A stretch of 64,000 nucleotides of DNA from Gnetum montanum (lineage: Eukaryota; Plantae; Gnetophyta), in NCBI GenBank assembly GCA_015680685.1, contig MNCI01003186.1, forward strand, positions 1,081,570-1,145,569, given 5' to 3'. The translations under genes and the position numbers were made by a program. Below, piece after piece: positions 12,867 to 24,805 of the stretch; the stretch's first letter is position 1, and every line of letters starts with the position of its first letter. The notes below the pieces were generated by a model. It was not told the DNA's origin and ran no database searches. It saw only the letters and a program-made list of their open reading frames with translations.

Positions 12867-14443
12867 TGTAACGACAGAAAATGTTGGCAGCTGGAAAATA
12901 CCAAACAAAATCCTGTGTACACAGTTTTAACCACGGATCCGTACGAGGGCTATGCTAGAAAAACGAATCCACGGTGCACTGAACGGTCTTGTCGATCAGA
13001 CAGGGACTTACTAATCAGTAAACCGATGAAGATTACGAATGTTTCGTGGAAGGATCTGATTTGGCGAGTTACGAAATGAGAGAAAAGCGATGTAGATGAA
13101 TGGTAACGATGATGATAGCGTTAACTCAACAATAGTAGTCAGACACGAGAGAAACGCGTGATTACAAGATCTATAGTTTGACCGGGGAAAATAAGTATTT
13201 TGTATATTCAAGTTACACTGGGGAGACCCCGATTGTTTTGTATGAAGCAAACACAAAGCAACAAGAAACAAGTAAACTGTCTAAGCAGAAGTGCAGAATA
13301 GAATCCGATCTACCTTATAGGCTAGAGAAGGGATGCAAGGAAGGTCAAGTTCTAACGTCTATTGATCAACTGCTTCTGACCAATAGAAACTCACAAACCA
13401 CACCAGATGATCTCTGGATCTCTGATCTACTCCTTTTGCCTTAGGTAGTCTTTGCTCGGAACTATCGATGATCACCAATGGAGAAAGTTGTGTCTTTACC
13501 AAAGGGGTAATCGCTCTTACTTCCAATGCTCAAACCAAATGTCTCCTGTCTCTGTTAGAAGGTGATGCTGCCAAAAATTGCCGAGATGCTGTTCTCTCTA
13601 TTTTTGCCTTCTCTCTATCTGTCCTCTTTTTTTTTTCTTTGCCAAATGGGATATTTATAGGTTTGACGATATGTGGAGAAGGCACAACTGTGATGACACG
13701 TGTTTCGAACTTTTCGGAAGATCGTTGACTTGACCATCCTTGTGTTGAAATCCGTGACTATGCACAATACGCGCATCTACGTATTATGCGTATGAGTGAC
13801 AAATGTGGGTCGGGCATGTCTCAATTGATGTTGGGCTACATTACGCTCGTACGCATTGTGTCGCGTACAAGAGCGTAATAAAAGCATGAAGATAATAGAT
13901 TCAAACTGCTTTACGCTCATTTGCACCGCCGTGCGTAGTGAAGCGTAAGCAATGATTATTTTGACAATGACTTACGCTGACACACGTTGCGTTGCGTAAT
14001 GGGCGTAAGGTGGCCAATATGTAAAAAAGAAAGACACTGATCTACTGTGTGTCTTTGGTCTCTCTTTGACCTTTTCAATGCCCATTACGCTGCCGTGCGT
14101 AATAGAGCGTAAACTCAGCCTTGGACAAAAGACTTAGGCAAAATACACGAGAAGTCGCATATTACACTGCTTAGGCCTTAGGATTTGCCGAATCTGTTAA
14201 AGTAAACTACCTTCTAATGTCAGACTACATTACGCTGAGTGTCATTGCACTACATTGCATGCTATAGTGTAAATATGGAAAACATAGTGAGATAAGAAAT
14301 CTACGAAGGGAAACCAAAGTCTTGATGTCGCGTGCCTCCTTGCCTTGCCATGTTTTGTTCTTCTTTCTGGCATTCTGTCATGTACTCTTGCCCGAATCAT
14401 AAATCTTTGCCTGAGGTTGACTTGTAATTTTCATGGTGTTTCA
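12867..14443 (-). repeat. 3' LTR of the Tat/Ogre-like element (1577 bp)
   Basis: Direct repeat of 28840-30415; TG...CA ends; minus-strand TATAAATA at 13652-13659. Confidence 0.95.
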
Positions 14444-14457
14444 ATGGCCCCTCTTTG
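14444..14457 (-). other. Polypurine tract
   Basis: Minus strand CAAAGAGGGGCCAT directly before the TGAAA start of the 3' LTR. Confidence 0.8.
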
Positions 14458-15606
14458 TTGATGGTTAGAGGGCCTGCCCGAAAGACGTCGACAAAGAATG
14501 CGAAACACCGGAGAGGCAAAAGCACTAATAGCATTCATCAATGGCTACTCAAGTGTCGCCCTGTCAACATAGAAGAGCAAAGCTGGAGGTTATGGGAGAT
14601 AGGATGATTTGGCAGGAAACAGGTTCGGGGAAGACTCAAATGAAGTAGGATGGCAGGGCTGTGGAATGCACTTATTGAACACACAGAAACGTATGAGTAC
14701 TTGTATTAACAGGAATGCTTTCAGACGAGCATAGCGCATTAGTCTGAGATTTCTCTGTTACAGACTATAGCAGGAATGCTTGTAAAAGGAGCACAACACG
14801 TCACTTTTGCGATGTCTCTGCTATGACACATAATTGTGTTACGTCAGTTCATGGATTTGATTGCAATGCGAGTGCGAAAAATGGGTGCTTGCGTATGTAG
14901 CTTTTGCATATAGGAAGAAGATGGTAGGGATGAAGCGAAGTAAGTGCCGAGGGTAGGATGATAAGGAGAAGAGGGAAGCACTTCTAAGTGGATAGGCTAA
15001 CCTGAGCAGCCATTTCAAAATGTTGTTCGTACTCCACCGCTCAGATGAATGCACCTTTGGATGACATCTTCGAAGCGAGTAACCTGCAGCCAAAGAAGAA
15101 AACATAGGATACCATTGCTCATATTGAATCGCAGACGAGGTTGTTGAAACAAGTGCTGACAGAGGCGAGATAAAGTAACCGGGCCGTGAAGGAGGAACTG
15201 TAGCACGAGGCCAGAATCTTCAACCTTGACGCTCGGCCCAGCATATTGCCACCAAAGATCATCAGACTCAGCATACCTGACTGGTTATGTAAAGAACCAG
15301 CCAGATGAATTTGTGAAGCCAGGGCCTGATAGTGATGATGAGTGGAGATCCCCAAAGTCGCAATTGATGGGAATGCCTTTGGGGCTCTGGGTGGTGGAAC
15401 TAACCTCTCAGAGGTACCACCGCTGGAATGGGTGCGGTGATGGTATCTTCGAGGGGTTAGTAGTATGCCCTTCGGCACGTACGAGGAATTAGTAGGATGC
15501 CGGTGGGGTAGCGATGCTGGGATTGTCCCAGTATCCCATCCTGCTTGTCATGAAGCTACACAGGGATGATTATGCTCGCTTGATTTGGATGGTGGCAGCC
15601 TGTAAG

Positions 15607-16092
15607 TCCCAGTTTTAAGTCCTGGTAGATTGTTGTTGCTGGTTTTAAGTCTCAGCAGACCATGGTCCTAGTTTAGAGTCTGGGCAGACCGAGAAATGCT
15701 AGTTTTACGTCGTAGCGTACGGCGGCCGGGCTGATTTAAGGTCTCAGCAGACCGTGTTGTGGATGTCAATTTTGTGTCATGACCCAAGGACAAATCTATG
15801 TTGGTTTTACATCTTAGTAGATGGTTGCTTACCTTTGCCAATTTTATGTCATGACGGACAGCCGGTGCCAGTTTAGCGTCGTGGTGGATGCGTGCAAAAG
15901 ATGCCAGTTTTTCGTCTTGGCGGACCTATACAACACAGCCAGTCTTACGTCGTAGCGGATGGTTACAACTTGCCAGTTTAGTGTCATGGCAGACAGTCAG
16001 TACCAGTTTAGTGTCGTGGCGGACGCGTGAAGGGTGTGCCATTTTTATGTCATAGAGGACGTTTGTTGCCAGTTTAACGTCGTAGCGGATGA
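15607..16092. repeat. Array of ~15 degenerate 22-bp motifs (YCAGTTTWRYGTCRTRGCRGAY) with variable short spacers, downstream of integrase
   Basis: Copies start near 15609, 15639, 15668, 15699, 15731, 15766, 15801, 15838, 15868, 15904, 15939, 15973, 16003, 16039, 16069. Confidence 0.85.
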
Positions 16093-16128
16093 TGGTGGCC
16101 ATACCTAATATTCACACTGGAGACGCCA

Positions 16129-19100
16129 TCATATGTAATACCGCTTCAGATATATGTGATTGACAGGGTTGGGTAACTCGTTGCCATTGATATTCGCTAA
16201 CTTGAATGCTCCGTTGCTGTACGCATCAGCCAAGAAGAAAGGACCCTCCTAGTTTGCAGAGAATTTGCCTACTAGTTTGTGGACGGCCTTGAGAACTAAA
16301 TCCCCTTTCTTGATGGGACGCTGCTGAAGATTGTGATAATGCTTTTGCCTTTGCTTGTCTTGATACTTTTTGATTGTATCAAGCGTTTGTATCCACTTCT
16401 CTTCTACTGAATCCAAATCCATGATCCGAGACTCGGTGTGTTGAGCCTCATTTATAATCGTGGAGAGGACCATTCTCAGAGAAGGGATTTGCAACTCGAG
16501 GGGCAGCACCGCCTTAGATATGTAGACCAAGCTATAGGGTGTATTGTCTGTAGCTATCCTACATGTAGTGCGATATGTGCATAGCACATAGAGGATCTTT
16601 TCGTGCCACCATTTCTTATTACTATCGAGCATTTTCTTGAGCAGATTGATGATGACTTTGTTTGTTGCTTTAGCTTGACCATTCGCTTGCAGGTAGTAGG
16701 GCGAGGAAAAAGATTGTTTAATGCCAAGGCTATAACAGAAGGATTTGGTTTTCGTGCTACTAAACTGTGGTCCATTGTCGGTCACGATAGTCATCAAGGG
16801 ACCAAATCTGGTTACAATGTTGTCTAAGATAAAATGGCAAATCTGTTGAGATGTGATCTTCCTTAAAGGAATAGCTTCTACCCACTTCGTAAAGTACTCA
16901 GTGGCGGTGATTATGAAGCTATGACCTGCGGAAGATTTCGGTGTGATGGGACCTATAATGTCTAGTCCCCATCATTGAAATGGCCATGTTATCTAAGTTG
17001 TATGTAACTCTATAGGTGACACGTGTATAAGATTTGTGTGACGCTAACATGTGTCGTAAGTTTTAACCTTTGTCAGGCAATCTTTTTCCATGCATGACTA
17101 GTAGTACCCTAAGTGGCGAATTTTTGAAGCCATAGCCCGTGGTGCTACGTGTCCTCTGCATAATCCCTCGTGAACCTCGCCAACGATATGCTGCGCTTGG
17201 TCCTTGTTAACGCAAGTAAGCAGCACACCATCAAAAGAGCGTCTACAGAGAGTACTGTCTCCTATGATTACGTACTACCTAGCTCGCTTGCAGATTGCAT
17301 CTTTCTATGCATGTGTCAATTCATATGATAGCTCACCTTGTAAGAGGTAAGTTTTAATGTTGTCATACCATTCTGGCATGCTTTCTTCGAGAACAGAATA
17401 TATTTGCGCCGCTTGAACGATAGGACCTGTACAATCAGTTATTAAAGCGGGACAAGTGTTGAGTAGATGTGCAAGCACGTTTAAGGCCAACGTAGCCAGT
17501 GCATCGGCTAGTGTGTTATCGGTTTGTGGCACATGTTGGGCATTGATGGTCGCGAATTGCTTCAGAAGATCTTTAGCCATATCGTAGTAGGGCTGTAGAT
17601 GTACAGCTTTGCAGGCGTAGACTCCTATGATCTGATTGATGACGAGCATCGAATCACCCCTAACTGCCAAGTGTCGAACATCGAGTTCACTGGCAGCTAG
17701 TAATCCTCTGAGGAGCCCCTCGTACTCTGCCACATTGTTCGTAAAGGGGAAGGTCAAGCGATAAGTGTGAAGATGCACATCCTCAGGTGATAGCATAATA
17801 ACAGTGGCTGCACTGCCACCTCTAGAGGTTGAAGCTCCGTCGAAATGCAACGTTGCCTCGAGGCCTATTAAGACAGGGCTTAAACTATGAACATGTTCGT
17901 CTGGAAACTCAGGCTCTATGGTTGCCTGACTGTCAATAGGTGATGTTACTAACTGGTCAGCTATTGCCTGGCCTTTCATAGAAGATTGGCCAACATAATG
18001 CAGATCAAATTCTGCTGTGATAGCCTTCCAGCGAGCTATTCTGCTACTCTCGTATAAATTGTGCGTAATGGTCCTAAGGATGTTATTTTTATAGATGATG
18101 TTAACCTAGCTATGGAAAAGGTAATGTTTACACTTTTTGAGCGTAAATACTAATGCTAAGCAATTACGCTCTACTTTGTTGTACCTTGTTTCGTACGCAT
18201 ATAGAGCATGACTCAAGTAGTAGATGGGCACTTCCGACCCATCATCCCTCCTTTGAAAAAGTAATGTTGCTAATGCTACGTCCGAACTCGCGAGGTAAAT
18301 GTAAAATGGTAGATATTGTTGTGGTGGGAAAACTGTTGGTAAGTGTTGAAGTTCTTTTTTTAGGCTGTCAAATGCATGTTGACAATCTTCCGTCCATTCG
18401 AAATTAACCCCCTTTTTAAGCAAATGTTGCATAGGGTGTAATTTGTCGGTTAATCTCGAGATGAACCAGCGTAGAAACTGTAATCGTCCTTGTAACCCGC
18501 GTAATTTCTTGAGGTAAGTGGGAGGTGTTAACTCGACAATGGCTCTGACCTTATCAGGGTCAACTCGTATGCTAGTTTCTGACACCATAAACCCCAGCAT
18601 GCATCCGATTTTGACTCCGAATACGCATTTCTTTGGGTTAAGCCGGAGGTTGTATTTGGAGCATCTTTTGAGGACTAACTCTAGGTCTTCTGAATGATCC
18701 TCTGACTTTAAAGACTTGACAGCTATATCGTCAACATAGTCATTCAGTCTCCCTAAGAGGTAGTCACTAAAGATATATGTCATGGCTCGTTGATACGTTG
18801 CTCTGGCATTTTTTAGACCAAAAGGCATCATGGTGTAGCAAAAGGTGCCCCAGGGCATCATGAACATTGTGGTTAATTGATGTTCTGGGTTGATGCGAAT
18901 CTGGTTATAGCCCAAAAAGCCATCCATGAAGGATGGAAGTGCATGCCCAGCTGTCGTATCGACTAGTTGGTCGATACTCGGTAGTGGGAAGTTATCTTTG
19001 ATCGTGGCCTTGTTCAAATATCGGAAGTCTATGCAGATGCGTATGCTTCCGGTCTTCTTTGGGACGACTACAATGTTAGATACCCAATCCGAGTAGTCGA

Positions 19101-19608
19101 CTGCACGGATGAAACCAGCCTGATACAGCTTAGTGATCTCATCATGCATGGCTAGCGCAATCTCTAGCTTGATTTTTTGTACCTTTTGCCTTATTGCTTT
19201 AATCTGCGGGTCTAGGATTATGTTATGCTGGATTAACCTGGGATCTAGTCCCGGCATATCCTCATATGACCATGCAAACACCGTGATGTTGTCTTGTAGG
19301 ACCTATTTTATAGAATCATGCATTTCTTGGTCTAGTAAAGAACTAACCTTAAGCATTTTGGCTTCACCCTTATGCGTAACAATAGAAACCTCATTGAGGG
19401 GGTCTTTGGTTATGTCCCCAGCCTCCAGGTCTAACATGTGCGTCGACTGTTTTGGCCATTCTGGGGACGTTTCCGACGTGGCTATGGTTACGTCATCAAA
19501 GGTAGAGTTAATTTCTACTAACGTTGGGTTGAATTGCCTAACTACCCTCCCGTATGGGCCTGTCAAAGTTAGAGGTGCTAAAAACGTTGCGTCCATTTAC
19601 CAATCGTC
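16129..19608 (-). pseudogene. pol: pol (RT, RNase H, archaeal-type RNase H, integrase) with premature stops
   Basis: RT ORF 18106-19281 (RICIDFRYLN, MPFGLKNA, YVDDI); aRH ORF 17305-17979 (FDGAS, TNNVAEYEG, RGDSMLV); integrase ORF 16249-16797 (TDNGPQF, QANGQAK); ends PVNHIYLKRYYI* at 16129. ORF 19303-19596 is in frame with the RT ORF. Confidence 0.95.
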
Positions 19609-20015
19609 CTGCAAAATTGCCAAACGCGTAAATGATTAGGAGAAAGCATGACGTAGTGTTGTTGAACGTGGAAAGATAATTGAATTTTGAATTTTGCAAA
19701 CAGGCTATAATTAATGCTATCCAATTACGAGGCGATAAGATGTGATAGTTTAACGTCATTTCGGACAGTGGAGGATGCGATATCTGCCGCATTAATATCC
19801 TGATTTTTGGTCTCTGTTTTAGGAAAGTCCTGCTGAAATCGGGCATCGAGTCAATGATTTTCGCATATAAGTAAGTAGTTTTTAGTAAGAATGGGTTGCT
19901 GGCTGTCTCGAATTCAAATTCTTAACTGTTATGAAGCAGGAGGAAGAAGAGCAGAAGGTTGGAACGTGTAATTTGCAAATACGTGAAGGTGTGAAGCTAT
20001 GAAGGTTTTGAAGCT

Positions 20016-23000
20016 ATGACAATGATGCCTAAAGCGAAAAAGAAGAACACGAAATTGGCTAAGATCGACGAGGTGCAAGAGAATCTGGAACGCGCTTCTC
20101 AGGCGGTGGTTGAAGTGAGGGACCGTACGCCCTTGAACCAGTAGGCCATCTCTTGCGTATTTGTGTTATTCTAGCTATGTTTATTGTTGTAGCATTGTTC
20201 ACGTGAATGGGGGTTTTAGACTATGGACCTCGTGTTAAGATGAAGGTTTAATGGGGTTGCGTCTATCGCCGTTGTCAGGGACAAACCTTGTGCTATTGTA
20301 AGGGTTTGGGCGATTTTGGCATGGATTACTAAGCGTAATCTGTAGGTTTTCTATATTCAAACATGCAAATGTAAATCTAGGCATTGATCTATGTATTGTG
20401 TTTTCAGTACAGTATTATGCTAAAGCCTGTTTTGATCGTCTTAGACATCGTTGGGGTTTTGTGCTGCATAAACCTGATTGTGCCTAATGTCCCTCCCCCG
20501 CAAACTCGGTTGCACGGCAAGGCCATATGGTTTCGAAAGGGTGTGCTGGAGTTTCTACAGTTCTTACTACATAACTACAGTGTTATTTTATGGTCCAATT
20601 TATCAGGAGATATTGCTGGTGCCATTTTTGAGCACCTGTTAGTGGGTTCCGCGCAGGGAATTTTGGCCTTCTTGACAGATGGAGCCATCAATACTGGTCA
20701 TCCCGAGGACCAAGAACTTAGTGCCCGAGGTTTGAGGTGCTTAGGTTGGATCTAGGAGATGGCCCAGTTTAGTTGTTACCATGCCTATAACACTCTATTC
20801 ATGGCTCGCCACATCTCGACCTACTTCCTGAACCCACCAGGCACTGTGTACTACTCAGGTGGGTAGGCAATTGTGTTGGCTATATTGTTACATGTCCATT
20901 GTCTAAGTTTTGTAAAGCATAAGATAAATTTATGTGGTATGGTACAGGTTTTTCATTCATGAGAATAGGTTAGTAGGAGATGGTGATACGTTGTCATGGA
21001 ACGAAATGGCAATAAAGGTGTTTACCTCAACTAGCAATGTACGCACTGGTGTGATGGGGTAGATCGGCTTCAACGTTCATGAGTACCCCACCCGCTATGC
21101 TGACGCTTTTGAGACTTGCCAGAATCTTGGGTGGCTACATGATGACTGGACCTTGGATCCGCCCCTTACGGTTGAGGACGTGCAGAGGAACCTTCCTCCA
21201 TTTCCTTTGCCATTTGGACCTGGTAAGACTGCTATGTATTCTATTGTTACATGGTGTAGTTGTGAACTGTGAACATTGCGTAATAATGTTTTTGCCTGAC
21301 CTATGTCTTACATTGTTTAGTCAAGGAATCCTGGGCGATTACCCTTACAATTTCTATCCGCGAGGCGAATACCGTCCTCTTTCGCTACGGCGACATCAAG
21401 GATGTACAACGCTAGCTCAGCCACGTGGCAGCCCCAGTTGCGGTGCTCGCCAAGATCCGAGAAGCGAGGTTATTGCATTTATTTTTAGCCGCAACTCCTG
21501 ATGTCCCCGCCAGCAAAATGCTAACCCTGGTCAACTCCTTCAACGAAAAGGCAGAGCGTTTTTTCACGCGTGTGCATAACGTGCGTGTAAGTTTTGACAT
21601 TGACACTCAGCTCTTTGCAGACCTTTTTGGCATTCCCTATGATGGCCTTCCCATAGACGAGAAGGCGAAGAGGAGTCTCAACTATCAGAAGTGGCTGGAG
21701 GAGTGGGTAAGGGTCAAGAAGGAGCCTAAAGGGATTCGTTGTGAAAGAATCGATCTAGGAGTCGCCAAGACAGTTTATCCCCTTTTTCGGGCCTGGACTT
21801 TTCCCAAAATGCTCTCACAAGGGAAGTTCTTTTCAATAGAGCAAACCCGTATTATGCGGGAGGTTCTGGAAGAAGGGACCCAGTTCAATTGGGCAAGCTA
21901 TTTTGCTACGGGACTACGCACTGAGATGATCAGGCTTCGCAAGAAGCTCAAGTCTCGTTTCAATGTGCATTACGCCTTCTTCATAGCTTGCCTTTGACAT
22001 TTTGCTAAGTTTTTGGTCATCCAAAGGGATGGGATCTGGGTGCAACAAGACCGAGACTAGTTATCCAAACCTTGGATTACGCATATCCTCAGCACTACCC
22101 ATGGGCAAGATCCTCCAGAAGGGATTGGGGAATCTCTGTCTATAATAACCAGAGGTTTGGTGGTGCCTCGAGTGCAAGGCCACGACAGTGTAGGCAGGAT
22201 AATGCCTACTTACACTAGCGATACCTCATGGGGGAAATGCCTGGTGGAAGAAATTATAGAACCTACAGCTCGGCGTAAAAGGCTCCATATAGCCAAGGCT
22301 TCTGCGGAGCCTGGGAGCAGCACGGGTCAAACTGTGGAGGTTAGAGTTCAGCGGAGTAAGCCTCCACCTGGTAAGTGTGAGGGAGATATATTGAAAACTG
22401 TATTACACAATGTTTACTTAGAATATTTGGAATGATGTATTAAGAGCATTATGATATGACCAGTGAAAGTTATGGAGTAGCTGACCCCTGAAACAGGGGT
22501 AGTGATACTGAGTTGTGGGGACGGGGCCCCAATTTCAGAAAAAGAGGCTCCAGCTGTTGAGACAAGCGCCGCACAAGCTGCTGGAGGTGCAAGTGATGCA
22601 TAGACCCTTGTGTGTGAAGAAGGGAAGGAAGCAGAAGAGGTTGGCGGGGTCGCCACTGTTACTGGTAGAGGTAATGAGCGTGTTAGAAATTTTGTAGAAT
22701 TTTGTTAATAATTAAAGTTTCTAATTTGACTACGCCATAGGAGAAGAAGATGCATTCACGTCCGTCGCTGTGAGCAGAGCGTGGAGATATTTTCCTGACA
22801 AGTTCGCCTTCATGGAAGGCATTGTCAGTGACATGATCGAGTGCCTCGAGAGCATCGATCCTGAAGCTGGTATGCTGTAGCTATAAAATTTTTATTTTGT
22901 TATACAGTAGTAATGTGTCATATCAATGATAATGTTTGCTGTTAGGAGCTCGCCTTCGATGGGACCCAACGGAGCCCATTGATTTGGACACAGTGGAGCC

Positions 23001-24078
23001 TCCATCGGATGGGGCGGCCATGCCACATCACATTTATGAGGAGATGTGTAAATGTGCATTACGCTCGACCCGCTCCTTATGGGAGAGTAAGGGCATGAAT
23101 GAAAACCTCTGGAAAAAGCTGCAGAGGTCTGAGCAGAATATTGAGTCTCTGACCAAAGAGGTTGGAGACCTGAAGTCGTGATGTGAATTCCTATAGGCAC
23201 GGGAGATGGGCGATGAGGACTGGCATACCGTTATTATTCAGTACTCCCGTTATTGGACCGCCATCAAAAACAGCGTACAAACCAGTCGAGTGTTGGTAGA
23301 GCAGCGGATGCAGATAGAGCTCCTAGCCCAGAAAAGCTAGGATTGGAGGGATTACTGTGCAAGTGTGCAAGAGTGGGGGAAGAAGGAAAAGGACCACAAA
23401 CATTTTTATAAGTGAGAAAGCATCGCTTATCGTAAAATTTATCACGATTCTGTCGTCAAAGCTCAATCCTTGCAAGTCTTCCTTGACGTCATTGGACCAT
23501 CCGAAGCCTTCAAGAAGTTCGAAGAGCAGGTGACTATAAGTGCATCCTCGGAAAGGGAGATGACTCTCCCTGGGGGCCAAACTATAGTCCCTACATTCTT
23601 CCCAGACCCACCTTGCTGGACTGATGTAAAGAAAGGGAAGGTGAAGGCTGGAGTTGCCCTAGGAGATGGAGCGTGGTCTGATCTAACCGAGGATGAGATC
23701 ATGGAGCGCATGTGGGCTAGCTTAGACAAGCTTTCCTTTGCTGTGGAAGCAGGTCCATCGCGAGTAAGTTTATGCATGGCTAAATCTAAATTTTCTAATT
23801 GTATTGTCAAGTTTTATTTTTGCTAACATGTTTTCTGTATCTAGGTACCAGCAGAGGATAGGGAAGATGCACAAGCTGAGGAGCCAGTACAAGAGGAAGA
23901 ATGCAGCGATGAAGAGCATCCTCCCGTGGAGCCTATACCAGAGCAAGGACCTCATGAAGAGGGGATTCCTCATTAAGGAATACTTCCCAGGAGAGAAGGC
24001 CCACTAGAGGATGATTTATTGGGATTGGAGCTAGACTTAAGAGATACTGGTGACAGTGGCATCAAAGGAGATGCGTAA
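20016..24078 (+). pseudogene. Antisense multi-exon cargo gene in the protease-RT spacer: FCP1/SCP-like HAD domain, plant-transposon-type domain, coiled-coil and acidic tail
   Basis: Exons 20408-20862, 20948-21222, 21321-22370, 22464-22670, 22741-22869, 22946-23763, 23845-24078 total 3168 nt (1056 codons) in one frame. GT-AG introns of 85, 98, 93, 70, 76, 81 nt; about a dozen in-frame stops, no frameshift. Probable first exon from ATG 20016 (MTMMPKAKKK); 5' splicing uncertain. Confidence 0.8.
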
Positions 24079-24274
24079 TTGTGGTTTACGCATGGTTTTC
24101 TTGATTGAAATCAACAATGGTTACTGGGATGACTGAAAGACTAGTGATAAGATTTTGTGAAAATTTTAAGTGTTATATATTTTTTTTCTTTGTGTCTTTT
24201 GCGTTTTTATCTACAAAGTGTAACTGTAGTTGTTAACGGTTTCTCCTAAGTTATGTTACGACGGAGTGGCATTA

Positions 24275-24548
24275 CTAGTTTTAGGCCATTGCGAGCCGTC
24301 ATAAGCGTTCGCGTAATCTAGAAGCTAGTTTTAGGCCATTGCGGGCCATGGTTAGTTTTAGGTCATTACAGGCCATCATGAGCGTTCGCGTAATCTGGAA
24401 GCTAGTTTTAGCCCGTTGCCGGCCATGGCTAGTTTTAGGCCATTACGGGCCGTCATGAGCGTTCGCGTAATCTGGAAGCTAGTTTTAGGCCGTTGTGGGC
24501 CATGGCTAGTTTTAGGACATTGCGGGCCATAACTATTTTAAGGCCATT
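24275..24548. repeat. Tandem array of GCTAGTTTTAGGCCATTGCGGGCCATG units interleaved with AGCGTTCGCGTAATCTGGAA
   Basis: About 8 copies of the TAGTTTTAGGCC core and 3 copies of the CGTTCGCGTAATCT insert, visible directly. Confidence 0.9.
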
Positions 24549-24805
24549 ATGGGCCTTCTGCGTAATGTAGAAAGCGTAATTGGTGGTAGTGTATATTTTT
24601 TTTGTTGTTTTTGCGTATTTGAGCTAAAGTGATCAAAAGACGTAAATGCGTACATAACCAGAATGTAACAACGTAAAGAAGGAATGAAAAGCGTAAACAT
24701 TGAAAATTTCTATGGCATAAATATGCATTAAGTGAAAATGAACTGCTAAGCATAAACTGCGATAATTATTAACAAACATGATAATGTGCGTAAATACCGT
24801 TCAGT

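Noticed and set aside
13011-13728. ORFs repeated at 28984-29701 suggesting duplicated genes
   Set aside because: They lie inside the LTRs and recur only because the LTR does; no recognisable domain.
15607-16092. CRISPR-like repeat-spacer pattern
   Set aside because: Eukaryotic retrotransposon context, degenerate repeats, spacers too short, no cas genes.
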